This document shows positions 1 to 10,875 of a stretch of 64,000 bases of DNA, in pieces. Position 1 is the stretch's first letter. Each line of letters opens with the position of its first letter. The stretch lies in the NCBI GenBank assembly GCA_000091205.1, contig AP006487.2; one strand, given 5' to 3'. The position numbers and the translations under genes were made by a program. The notes beneath the pieces were generated by a model that searched no databases, was not told the origin of the DNA, and was given only the letters and a program-made list of their open reading frames with translations. This stretch comes from Cyanidioschyzon merolae. Its lineage: Eukaryota.

Positions 1-1882
1 ACCGGCGTAGGTCGTATGCCGGATGGTTGAACAAGTCACAGATGCTGAGCGATACAAGAGTACGCGGAAAATAAGATTCCAAGGGTTTTGTGAAATGTGG
101 AAGCATCTCTATGACGAGAACTGACGCCATTTGCAACATTACTAGCATTCTTCGCGCGTTCGAATACGCTGGTTCTAGTCACGGGTACTGCACCAACACG
201 AAAACCCGGTACGGTCCCGGGACGGAGCACTCCCAAATGGCACCGCTGTCGCTCGAGCGCGCCTCTGGCCATCGAGAGGCGAGGTCTCCATGACAAGCAC
301 CTAAGGCCAGACCAGATTAAAATGGGATGCTGAACAGCTCGAGTTGCCTGTGCCTTTCGATTTCTTTTACAGACCCTTTTAGTAGTAGAGCCTCGAAAAT
401 TCGAGGTATAGGAGTGAGGGTTTACGGACTCACAGCTAGTTTTCGGATTCTTGTTCGTCTAGTCTGAGCGGGTACTTTGGCGATTTAGAGTCGGAAATTG
501 CTACAGAGTCAAGATGACTCACAATAGACTTGGACTAGTGCCAGAAAAGTAACCAATGACATCATCCAATTCACAAGTACAGACCACCACTGTTCTCTTC
601 ATAATAGATGTAGTGTGCTCATATTATATATTCTTTGTGTTCTCGATCTTTCTCTTACAGAGCAACTGGCTAGCGTACGAATGAGGTCGGCTGGATTGAT
701 GACGAAAAAACCTCGACGTCGTTTCTTGCTGAATTCTTCAAATGCTCGCGCCAAAAGTTTATGGGATGCGTCACTCCAAATCCTCGACTCTGTTCGGGAG
801 AGAAATCCTCCTCGTTTCGTCGCCATTGACGAAGCTGAATTCGACGGCAACATGAGAAAACTCACGGGAGGTGCTCACAGAGACTTCGTTCTCTTCTATC
901 TGCATGTAAAAGGGTCTTGGACTCGGATTTTAGTCATAGCAGTGATCGCTCCTGGAAGGGAATACCTCATCGCCCGGCAAGAAGGGACCGTAGCCGAATA
1001 GAAAAACAAGTTGTCGACTTGTTCTCCAGGCTAGATCCTGCTTCCAGTACTAGCTTGGTCAAGAACAACCTGGCATTCTACAAATACTTTATGGACTGGG
1101 GGAGCGTGCGCTTGTGCACGCAAAGCACGGAGTACTTGCCAACGGCACCGCCCAGACGGAGGCCATCGTCTTTGGGTATGGGGTGCGACGCAGAAACGGA
1201 GGACACCATCAAATGCAGACATCTGCATCCGGCAGGGGTATCTGTCGAGCGATAAAGCAAGTGCCGGCGGGCAACGCTCGGAGGAGGAGATATTGAGGAC
1301 AAACTGTAACACCTGACCACAGGTAAGTGTCACCACGACAAAGGACACACCAGGGCTGTATGTGTAGAAGATGAAAATGGCAAGCGAAGCGAATATCGTA
1401 TCTTCCGCCTGTTCATTCAGAGCGTCAGTAACAGCGAAAAGCAATGACCTTGAGAATGACACTGGTGTCAACATGCCTCGAGTTTTGACAACCAAACGGG
1501 AGCGAAAATGCAAACTGGTGTATTTGAAGCCTCAGATGATAGAGAGGAACGCGCAGCAGTCCCCGATAATGCCAGCAAAGGCTGGGCTCGATGAATGTGG
1601 TCAGATATCCAAACTTTCGCATATGCGCCCCTGTCAGGGGACGTTCCATTTTATGCTGAACTGAGTGTGAGTACCAGCGCGTGGCAGCGTACCACGCAGC
1701 ACAACCAGTTTGGGCGTTTTCGGAGCACCACTGGTGCAAGCTTGAGCTTTCAAGCTTGTTGCACGCAATAGCGTCTTGCTGTATGCGCTGAGTTGCGGAG
1801 GATCGTTCAAAGCGCTGGGAGCACGACGTGCAAGCGAAACTGAAAGCTCGCCGGGTGGAGAACGTTTCTGGAGCTGTTCGCT

Positions 1883-2746
1883 ATGTTTGCACAGCTGGTG
1901 ATGGGACCGGCCGGTTCGGGCAAGTCCACGTACTGCCATGCTCTGCAGCAACACGGTGAGATCGTCGGCCAACTGGTGCACGTAGTGAACCTTGACCCTG
2001 CTGCCGAGCGTTTCGAGTACAAGCCTGTTGCGGATATTCGGGATCTTATCACTGTCACAGACGTTGCGGAAGAACTTAGTCTAGGCCCGAACGGATCCCT
2101 AGTCTACTGCATGGAGTACTTGCTTGAAGATCAAGACTGGTTAGAGCAAGTTCTCTCTGAGACAGCAGAGGACGACTACCTGGTTTTTGATATGCCGGGT
2201 CAGATAGAACTGTATACGCATTTCGAGTGCGTTCGGCAGTTCGTTTACGTCCTCCAGAGCCAGTTCAGCATGCGTGTATGCAGCATATTCCTTCTTGATG
2301 CACAGTTTCTCGCCGATGCATCAAAATTTTTCGCGGGCTCGCTTACCGCCATGGCAGCAATGCTGCATCTCGGGTTGCCACACCTTAACGTCCTCAGCAA
2401 AGCGGACCTGCTGCGACACAGGATCGAGCATCGCGATAACACGCTGGAGCCTTTGTCCTCGGACGCTGAGGCACCCAACTCTGACGAGGCACTTGATGAG
2501 TTCCTGGAGCGCTTCCTCAATCCTGATATACAGTCGCTTGTTTCGGAGCTCAGTGAACAGATGGATACACGGTACCGAGCTCTCAATGAACGGATAGGTG
2601 CCTTGCTAGAAGACTACGCAATCGTACAATTCGTTCCTTACTCTGCCACTGATGAAGACAGCATCGGTGAATTGCTGCTGCGTGCGAATCTGCTGCTCCA
2701 ATACGATGATGATCGTGACGTTCGAATTCATCCCGAACTCGACTAG
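1883..2746 (+). CDS. GPN3: GPN-loop GTPase 3 (GPN3/XAB1 family)
   Basis: 287-aa ORF with ATG at 1883. The P-loop 'MGPAGSGKST', the 'VNLDPAAE' segment and 'DMPGQIELYTH' are collinear with GPN3 orthologues. Confidence 0.85.
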   Translation: MFAQLVMGPAGSGKSTYCHALQQHGEIVGQLVHVVNLDPAAERFEYKPVADIRDLITVTDVAEELSLGPNGSLVYCMEYLLEDQDWLEQVLSETAEDDYLVFDMPGQIELYTHFECVRQFVYVLQSQFSMRVCSIFLLDAQFLADASKFFAGSLTAMAAMLHLGLPHLNVLSKADLLRHRIEHRDNTLEPLSSDAEAPNSDEALDEFLERFLNPDIQSLVSELSEQMDTRYRALNERIGALLEDYAIVQFVPYSATDEDSIGELLLRANLLLQYDDDRDVRIHPELD

Positions 2747-3939
2747 GATTGGCGGACTGCAATCCGGTTGAGGATTTGCTCACTGTGCACCATTGCCGAC
2801 TGCATATAGATGACGAGCCCCAGTCTTATGAAGACAAATGGTGCAAGCAGGCTTTCGGTCATAAAAATGGTTTCTTGGGCACTGGCAGCGAGCCTACGAT
2901 TCTCGCTTAACGAACGAACGGCATGCATCCGATTTCAGTCGAAGCGCTATACATTGGTGGATGTGTTGTGCACCGGTGCGGGTAAAGCGCCATCCTGCAT
3001 CGACAGATGAGCTGTACGTCTCGCAAAAAGCGTGCAGTATGGCATCGCCGGTTGAGATGTATGCCTCGCAGCTGACGCGCTGTATATTCTCAGGGATGCT
3101 GTATCCTGCTCTAAGGGAATTGCCACTTCGTCGTCCGTCCCTTTACAAGTTGCCAGCCGCGCTCACAACAGGAGCGAATGGGACATATTCCCTCGACAAC
3201 TGCTGACTGCGAAACGCGAGCCTGAGGTTGGTGTCGAACCTGAGAAACACCGCTCCGCTTTAGTTCTACTTGTGTAACCAGATTTCCGCGTGTATCCTTT
3301 CAATTAGCCACATGTCTGGCTTCTGCAGTACGTCTGGCCAGCCGCAGGAAGCCCCACGTCGCTACCTCAACCGATCAGCGTTCTCGCTTCCTACACGCCA
3401 CCGCGCAAGCGACCTTTCACGAGGATCGTTCACAGGGACGGTTCGTACCTACCCGCGCAAAATTGTGCGCAGAGAGAAAAAAAGCATACCTAGCGATAAC
3501 GAGGTCAACAAAGCCGCAGTCGCCCCGTGTCCAGAAAACCAGGTACCGCTATTCAAGGGCTGCGCGCTCGGCAGAGAGCTGTACTCGAGCGTAATCCTTT
3601 TCTTTCGCCGCTCCTTTACCCAAATTCCGCGAAAAGTTTTCCAGTTGAAAACTTTGGGACGGTGATTCCGCCCAAAGTATGCACGAGCAACCAAAGAAGA
3701 CTGCTTCGTGCTCATGAACGACTTTGGAGACAAAGCGCCAGCTCCTAGCGAAGCACCCACACAGCGCTAACGAATAGTTGAGCACTGCGCGTTCCTGTTG
3801 TTGCTAACGTCACCTGCACAGGATGCAGGCTCGTTTATGCCTCGAGCTGACACTCGCAGATGCATCACATGCCATACACTGCCTTCGTGCGAGGCCTGCG
3901 ACGTGTCCAGCATCTACAAGGTTGCACGACGGATGAAGT

Positions 3940-4120
3940 CTCCATTCCATACGGGAATACTCCACAGGGCATCCGCGAATGCTGCCCAGCATCCCTAGCT
4001 ATGCGGGATGCAGTTTGTCTCCATTCCATACGGGAATTCTCCACAGGGCATCCGCGAATGCTGCCCAGCATCCCTAGTTGTGCGGGATGCAGTTTGTCTC
4101 CATTCCATACGGGAATTCTA
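3940..4120. repeat. about 79-bp tandem repeat, about 2.4 copies ('tccattccatacgggaat(a/t)ctccacagggcatccgcgaatgctgcccagcatccctag...gcgggatgcagtttgtc')
   Basis: direct reading: near-identical units begin near 3941, 4018 and 4096 (partial). Confidence 0.8.
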
Positions 4121-4655
4121 GACACGAAGTCATAGAACACAGGAATGTCAGTCTACGACCTGTGACCTCTATTCTGGTATCGGGTATTATCCGCACGAAC
4201 CGGGCACTCGCACTGGATGCATCCAACGCCCGCCTCGAACTTGGAGCTTAAACCCAAAAGAGTCCAGCAAAGCGATTCTGTTTGTGTACAGCGGCATAGC
4301 AGGCACTGACGGCAAGCTCAGCGTCCAGAGGATCGTACAAACTGGTTCAAACTCCAGTTGGAAGCATGGGTGATAGTCGTTGTTGGACCTGGGTGGTTTG
4401 GTGCGCCATCATCGACGCCCTCCTGGATACCGACTCCATCTCAACCATCCGATACCCCAAGCAAACACGAAAGGCACTCGATCCGTCGACCTGTGTACAA
4501 GAGCAGCGCACTGTGACGTGAACGCCACCACCGCGCTCGTGTACAAAAGTTGCTACTAGTCTCGAGCAGCTTCGCGTCTCCGGGTGCGCTGCGGCTGACC
4601 CCGTTTCTATTTCAACCAAGACGATCTAGACAAACTTAATATAGACTGGAGGAAA

Positions 4656-6458
4656 ATGCGACGGAAGGCGACCAGCTGGAGTCCGATTTTGGCGTACGGC
4701 GTGTCCCTGACGGGCACAGAGCGTTGGTCTGCAGCACCGCGCACCTCAGTACAACTGCTTGGCGCTTTCCTCAGCTGGAGAGGTGCTCCAGACGGGTGCC
4801 GCTGTCGGCAATCTGGATCCAAAAACGTGCGCTGGTTAAAGGCAAGTGTGAGGCAGCGGCATCAGCCGTCGGGGGCCGAAGCGCGTCCGGCTCAGCCACT
4901 CGTTATCACGACGCCCTTGTTTTACGTCAACGCGGCTCCTCACATGGGAAGTGCTTACCCTACTATGGCCTGCGATGCGTTGGCTCGATACCACCGAATG
5001 CAGGGGCGTGCAGTGCGTTTTATAACGGGTACTGATGAGCACGGTGAGAAAATTGCACAGGCAGCTGCGGCTGCGGGTCGCACACCGCAAGAACACTGCG
5101 ACCTTGTTTCCGGGGAGTTCAGGGCGCTTTGGGCGAAGCTCAACATCTCATATGATCGATTTATTAGGACAACATCGGCGAACCATGCAGCCATGGTCAT
5201 GACATTCATGGAACGAGTGTTGCAGCGGGGAGACATCTACAAGGCAAGCTACGAGGGACTCTACTGTACCGGCTGTGAGGAGTACAAAGACCCCAAGGAG
5301 CTCGTGGAGGACACCCAGTGTCCACTGCATCTCAAGCGCTGCGAACAGCGAGCGGAGGAAAACTACTTCTTCCGTCTATCGCGATATCAGGCCCAGGTTG
5401 AGGCACTGCTGGCAAACGACGACTTTATGCGACCGGCCGAGCGCCGCAACGAGGTGCTCTCCTGGGTCCGCGAAGGTCTCCGCGATTTCAGCGTCTCGAG
5501 AGCCAAGAACCCCTGGGGTATCCCAATGCCGAACGATGCGAGCCAAACTATCTATGTATGGTTTGATGCGCTGCTCGGCTACCTGACTGCGCTCTTCGAT
5601 GAAGATGAACCGCCGCAGCTCGAAAAAGTCGAAGAACGCGGCTGGCCGGCGCACGTTCACGTCCTCGGAAAGGACATTACGCGTTTTCACGCGTGTTACT
5701 GGCCTGCCATGCTACATTCAGTAGGACTGAACGCACCCCAGCAACTATTTAGTCATGGATTTCTCACCAAGGATGGCATGAAAATGGGCAAATCCCTCGG
5801 AAACACCCTCGATCCTCATGCCCTGGTGGATGAATTCAACGCTGATGCAGTGCGATACTACTTCCTGCGTGGTATCGAGTTTGGTCGCGACGGTGATTTC
5901 TCGCGCGATCGCTTCATCCAGATAGTGAATGCTGAACTAGCGAATAGTGTTGGCAACCTTCTCAATCGAACGCTGAACCTTCTGAAACGACACAACAATC
6001 TATCATTGCCGGTTGTAGCACCAAGTGCGCATCCCTTGGCAGACCTTACCCGAACGTGCACCGCTGAAGCAGCAGCTGCATACGAGAAACTGGACTTCTC
6101 AGGAGCAGCCGAAGCGCTCATGCGTATCGCCTCGGAAGCGAACAGCTTCATCGATCACGAAGCACCATGGACCAAACTACGCAATCCAGAGACCAAGTCC
6201 GAAGCTTTTGCTGTTCTCGCCGTTATTCTCGAAGCCGTGCGAGTCCTTGGTGTTGCGTTGTGGCCACTGATCCCCGAGACCAGTGAGCGCATGCTGCGCG
6301 CGCTCTGCTACCCTGTAGCGGGGCCAGGCGAGGTAGCGAGCACAGCAGCGGCATTCGTGCCTTCGTGGCATGACACCGAGTGGAACGCCCGCAGAGACCT
6401 GTTGCAGCCTGGTGTGCGTTTTCGCACCCCAGAGCCAGTGTTTCCCCGTCTAGAATAG
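4656..6458 (+). CDS. methionyl-tRNA synthetase, bacterial/organellar type, with a roughly 90-aa Arg-rich N-terminal presequence
   Basis: 600-aa ORF. The class-I signature region 'PLFYVNAAPHMGSAYPT' and a KMSKS-type motif 'MKMGKSLGN' are present, with zinc-knuckle cysteines 'CTGCEEYKD...CPLH'. Confidence 0.9.
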   Translation: MRRKATSWSPILAYGVSLTGTERWSAAPRTSVQLLGAFLSWRGAPDGCRCRQSGSKNVRWLKASVRQRHQPSGAEARPAQPLVITTPLFYVNAAPHMGSAYPTMACDALARYHRMQGRAVRFITGTDEHGEKIAQAAAAAGRTPQEHCDLVSGEFRALWAKLNISYDRFIRTTSANHAAMVMTFMERVLQRGDIYKASYEGLYCTGCEEYKDPKELVEDTQCPLHLKRCEQRAEENYFFRLSRYQAQVEALLANDDFMRPAERRNEVLSWVREGLRDFSVSRAKNPWGIPMPNDASQTIYVWFDALLGYLTALFDEDEPPQLEKVEERGWPAHVHVLGKDITRFHACYWPAMLHSVGLNAPQQLFSHGFLTKDGMKMGKSLGNTLDPHALVDEFNADAVRYYFLRGIEFGRDGDFSRDRFIQIVNAELANSVGNLLNRTLNLLKRHNNLSLPVVAPSAHPLADLTRTCTAEAAAAYEKLDFSGAAEALMRIASEANSFIDHEAPWTKLRNPETKSEAFAVLAVILEAVRVLGVALWPLIPETSERMLRALCYPVAGPGEVASTAAAFVPSWHDTEWNARRDLLQPGVRFRTPEPVFPRLE

Positions 6459-8064
6459 GATTCGTAAAGCGTGTCGGCGGATTAGGCACTGACACTGCTG
6501 CATCTTGTCTGGTGTTTGAATGCGTTTGAAATGCGACACACGTTGAAGACCCGCTGCGCGCGCATGGAACAGACTCGGACGCTAAACAAGTAGCAGACAA
6601 TAAGACACGTTTTCGCAGAGGCATTGGAACTCTGCTGTGCATCCATAGCATCTGTTGAGAAACATGACGAGGAGCAGGCATTGAACACCCTGTTTGCAGA
6701 CAGAAGCTGGTACGCGTGCGACGCAGCATTGACCTAGTGTGTTCGTTGCGCGGGCGCTCGTAGCAGTGGAACTTTTCGCATTTTTACCGGAGTACTGGTA
6801 AAGTAGCACACACATCCCCTGTTCTTCTGGGAGATATTCGAAGACGCCGGTGAAATCGTTCGACACCAAAGACCCCGAGAAGTACCGTTCTTCGTGATGA
6901 GCTGCACCCTGCTCTAGGAAATGGTACCGTGGAGATTGTTTTTCTCACCAACGTAAAACTAGAATTGTAGGACGAATTCCGATGGAAACCGCGCCTCTGA
7001 CACATTTGACAAGGCATGCGGTCTAGCAAAGAAAATGCTGTGAACACGCACGCCTTCCAAAGCGTGATGATAGGTTTGCTCTTATTCATTTTTCTTTGAT
7101 TCTGGACTGTTGAACTGCAGCGGCAAATGCTTCATATATGTTAATGCATTAACCTGGAAGAAAAGATGCGTTTCGAGCATCTTGAACAGCGCCAGCTTCA
7201 CCAAAGTACTGCTAATTTTTAAACAGCTTGTCTCATTGCCCTCGAAGCAGGGTACTTGCCGGGTTTTCTGCGCAATCAACGGCAAGACGTAAAGTTTAGA
7301 TGCGCAAAGGAGCTCGCGTTTCCTCGTAGAGTCCGAGCAGACCTCTCACATCAGGGCGTCGAGCATGCGTCCTTTTTGATCCTCAAAACCATCCGAGGCT
7401 TGCAAGCGTCGTCTACTCGAGTTGCACTGCACTGCACTGCACTGCGCTGCACTTTATCCACGTCAAAATAGGCGGTTCTCTCTGGTCTCTGATGGAAAAC
7501 TTGAAACAGACGCTTCCAGATTCGCACTTGTTGCCAGGTATGATACTGGGGGAATCGTGCACCTGCCGTCACGCTTTCGGATGCTTCAGCGCTGTCGGTT
7601 GCCAGGGATACGACCACCCCCGCCCCCTGTCGTCTCCGGTTCAGGGGATATCCTCGTCACCGCTTTCGCAGGCACTTGCGCGTCCCGTGAACAACGCCGG
7701 GAGAATGCGCTGCCAGACTCAGGTAGTGCTGGCGTCCTGCAACCGGACACCAGTTCATAATGATGCCACGACTTGCCTCAGATGCGCACCAGAGACCCAG
7801 TGGAGCCATGTGCCACTGATTTGCTTTCCGTTTCATAGAGTCAGCGGACATCGTCTCGGTGTACCCTGGCGCCAAAGAGGTACCTTCTACGTATGGGGTA
7901 CGGCGACAGCGACAAGAAGGAGAATCATGCCCGATCCGTAGATGCTCTTGTCAGCATCAAACGTGTTCTTTGTGTGGATTTCCGTGTCATTGCAGGGGCG
8001 GCACTTGCCCCCGCGGATGATCGTAAAGCGCCATAATATGCGCAAGGTGTAGGGCCCCGTGCAT

Positions 8065-10059
8065 TCAGCGTACAAGCGCTTTGACAAGTTTCGGGATGTT
8101 GACGGGTTCCAGGTCATGGTAGGTCTGGCCAGTGCCCACAAAGACAATCGGTATCGAGGTCGTGTACATCATCGTGACAGCGGCACCGACTTTCTCGTCG
8201 ACGGCATCAAACTTGGTCAGAATAATGCCATCAATGAGGCGAGGTTTGCCACCGCTGCCCTGCTGATACCTGAGCAACGCCTGATTGAACTTGACCAGCT
8301 GGTCGATGGCCTCGTTCCCGACCAGAGCCTCGCCTACGAAGAACAAGCGCTCAGGAGCTGCTCGCTGCACCAATGCAGCTAATGCTTTCATGAGCGGCTC
8401 ATTGTCTTGCATGCGACCGGCGGTGTCAATGAGGACGACATCCCGCTGCTCCTGCTCGGCTTGGGAGATGGCAGCCGCAGCTACAGACGATGGATCCTTA
8501 CCGTAGCCTCGTTCATAAAGTGGAATATTCAGGCAGCGCGCATGAATCCGAAGCTGCTCAATGGCGCCAGCGCGAAAGGTGTCGCCTGCTGCCAGGAGCA
8601 AGCGCAGATTGTGTTGTAAGAGAAGAAAGGCGATCTTCGCGAGCGTCGTTGATTTTCCGACACCGTTGACTCCAGTAAAGACGATCACAAAAGGACGACG
8701 AATACTAGCTCGTTGTCGATGCTGTTCAATAGCTAGAACAAGATCCTGCGTTCCGTGCAGAGGCTGCAGCACTCGTTGGAGCGCATCCTCGACCGCAGCG
8801 CGAACCATGCGATGCACGGTAAGCGCATCCAAAGTTCGATTCTCAAGCGAAGCCTCAACCGACTGGGTGAGCTTCTCTGCCACAGTTGGAGCAACATTCC
8901 GTGCAATGAGACGGTCCCGGAAATACTGAAGAGGCTTTTCAAGATCGGCACGGGTTAATGGCCTCGAACCAGCGAGCCGACCGAGGGTTCTCCAGAGATT
9001 CCCGCTGCCTCTTGCGCCATCTGCTCCCACGTCGCGCTCCATGTCATTGTTTGTAGCTTCCTCATCTGTGGTTAAGTTTTCGAAAATAGACGCGCGAGGC
9101 TGTGTCTCGAGGTAGGCGGCGCGAGCGCGCCCCACATCATCGGCGCTACCCAGCGGACAGCTCGCCTCCCCGGAGAGGTCCAGAGCAGCGAGTTCCTCGG
9201 CAGTCGGGATGCTATCATCCCAACGGCGTCCAGCCGCTAGTTTGGTATGTTTCTTCGGCGGACGTCGCTGTTCAGGACGTGCTGAGTGCCGCTGAATGCT
9301 CCCTCGTGACAGCTTCTTCGCTTGGTTGCTCGGGTGTGTACTCGTTTCGAGCGCTGCTGCTTCCACGGGTATGGATGCATTCATCAAGGGCTCGGCATTC
9401 GACCGTATCGGCACGTCATCATCTGCAAGCGTATCCTTGATGCTGCCAGCATGTCCCGGTGCATGCACGTCGGGTGCGTCAGTAGTCGGTGCAGACAAGC
9501 TCGAAGGTACGGCGCTCTGTGAATCTTCGAGAGTTTGCACAGAGGACCTTGTATTAGCGGCTGGTGTAGGGCTCGAAACGCGCCCCCGCTGGAGGGCCGC
9601 CCCAACGTGAGCGTGCTCGTCTGCCGCGAACACTGCCCTTGTGTTACCGAGCTGGAGCGTTGCACGAGCACGATCAACAGTTTCAGCAAAGCTATCAAAG
9701 TCACTCTCGGTCGACCAGCGTCGACGCTGAAGCAAGCTTCCGTACGTTTGGCAGAAACTCGAACGGCAGCACTCAAGAAACTGCTCCAGTAGGTGCAGCT
9801 CGAGCGTACTGGGGGCCTCTGCTGCAAACACCAGTTGAAACTGGTTCGCTGCCCGCCAGGCTACGAGATGCTGCTTGCGTAGCTGTGCGATTCGGGCTCC
9901 AGCTTTCTCGGCAAGCAGCACAGTGCGGACAAGGTCGCGGAGGACGCTCTCGGGCTGTGCGCTTGTGTGCTGGTCGTCGGTTCCCGCATCGCTCGCTTCG
10001 CTAAGGTCACGAAAGAAAAGAACAAGTCCTCCCAGATGAAAAATACAGAACCAGTTCAT
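8065..10059 (-). CDS. signal recognition particle receptor alpha subunit (SR-alpha)
   Basis: 664-aa ORF. The N-terminus 'MNWFCIFHLGGLVLF' matches the SRX-domain start of SR-alpha. The C-terminal NG domain carries the GTPase motifs 'GVNGVGKSTT', 'DTAGR' and 'TKFD'. Confidence 0.9.
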   Translation of the reverse strand: MNWFCIFHLGGLVLFFRDLSEASDAGTDDQHTSAQPESVLRDLVRTVLLAEKAGARIAQLRKQHLVAWRAANQFQLVFAAEAPSTLELHLLEQFLECCRSSFCQTYGSLLQRRRWSTESDFDSFAETVDRARATLQLGNTRAVFAADEHAHVGAALQRGRVSSPTPAANTRSSVQTLEDSQSAVPSSLSAPTTDAPDVHAPGHAGSIKDTLADDDVPIRSNAEPLMNASIPVEAAALETSTHPSNQAKKLSRGSIQRHSARPEQRRPPKKHTKLAAGRRWDDSIPTAEELAALDLSGEASCPLGSADDVGRARAAYLETQPRASIFENLTTDEEATNNDMERDVGADGARGSGNLWRTLGRLAGSRPLTRADLEKPLQYFRDRLIARNVAPTVAEKLTQSVEASLENRTLDALTVHRMVRAAVEDALQRVLQPLHGTQDLVLAIEQHRQRASIRRPFVIVFTGVNGVGKSTTLAKIAFLLLQHNLRLLLAAGDTFRAGAIEQLRIHARCLNIPLYERGYGKDPSSVAAAAISQAEQEQRDVVLIDTAGRMQDNEPLMKALAALVQRAAPERLFFVGEALVGNEAIDQLVKFNQALLRYQQGSGGKPRLIDGIILTKFDAVDEKVGAAVTMMYTTSIPIVFVGTGQTYHDLEPVNIPKLVKALVR

Positions 10060-10269
10060 TGCGGAGAAGCTTGTCTACTGGGTCTTGCTATAGCGGAACG
10101 CACTCATTCAGCGCTTTCCGTCCCTTGGTATCCGAAGCCGACCCAAGTGTCATCGTGTACGCGATGTTTCGTAAACCTCGCCGCGGTAGCCCGCGGATCA
10201 TGTACCGTTGCCTGGCCTCAGGATGGAGCGAGTTCGAAACGAAAACAGTTGCCTGCAAAAATATTAAAG

Positions 10270-10875
10270 AAAAAATGTGCCTGGTGGTGTCAGAATCCAA
10301 CAATTTTGGAACTAGAAAATAGTTTTCTGAAAAGATGTTGACAGAAAAAGTGCCTGGTGGTGTCAGAATCCAACAATTTTGAAACTAGAAAACAGTTGTC
10401 TGAAAAGATGTTGACAGAAAAAGTGCCTGGTGGTGTCAGAATCCAACAATTTTGGAACTAGAAAATAGTTTTCTGAAAAGATGTTGACAGAAAAAGTGCC
10501 TGGTGGTGTCAGAATCCAACAATTTTGAAACTAGAAAACAGTTGTCTGAAAAGATGTTGACAGCAAAAGTGCCTGGTGGTGTCAGAATCCAACAATTTTG
10601 AAACTAGAAAATAGTTTTCTGAAAAGATGTTGACAGAAAAAGTGCCTGGTGGTGTCAGAATCCAACAATTTTGAAACTAGAAAACAGTTGTCTGAAAAGA
10701 TGTTGACAGAAAAAGTGCCTGGTGGTGTCAGAATCCAACAATTTTGAAACTAGAAAACAGTTGTCTGAAAAGATGTTGACAGAAAAAGTGCCAGTAAGTG
10801 TCAGAATCCAACAATTTTGGAACTAGAAAATAGTTTTCTGAAAAGATGTTGACAGCAAAAGTGCCTGGTGGTTTG
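10270..10875. repeat. 73-bp minisatellite, about 8.3 tandem copies, two alternating unit variants
   Basis: unit 'aaaaagtgcctggtggtgtcagaatccaacaattttg(g/a)aactagaaaa(t/c)agtt(tt/g)tctgaaaagatgttgacag', with starts at about 10272, 10345, 10418, 10491, 10564, 10637, 10710, 10783 and a truncated unit at 10856. Confidence 0.9.

Noticed and set aside
1031-1739. Two overlapping minus-strand ORFs with hydrophobic segments that might form an intron-containing small membrane-protein gene
   Set aside because: No recognisable family. The frames differ with no convincing splice pair, and the strongest splice-like signal, 'caggtaagtg' at about 1318, is on the opposite strand. Left unannotated.
10270-10875. 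A regularly spaced direct-repeat array that could superficially resemble a CRISPR array
   Set aside because: The units abut one another with no unique spacers (it is a pure 73-bp tandem minisatellite). The context is a eukaryotic nuclear locus with no cas genes.
10270-10875. 'ttgaca' inside each minisatellite unit as bacterial -35 promoter boxes
   Set aside because: This is a eukaryotic nuclear genome with a spliceosomal intron and eukaryote-specific genes, so sigma70 promoter logic does not apply.
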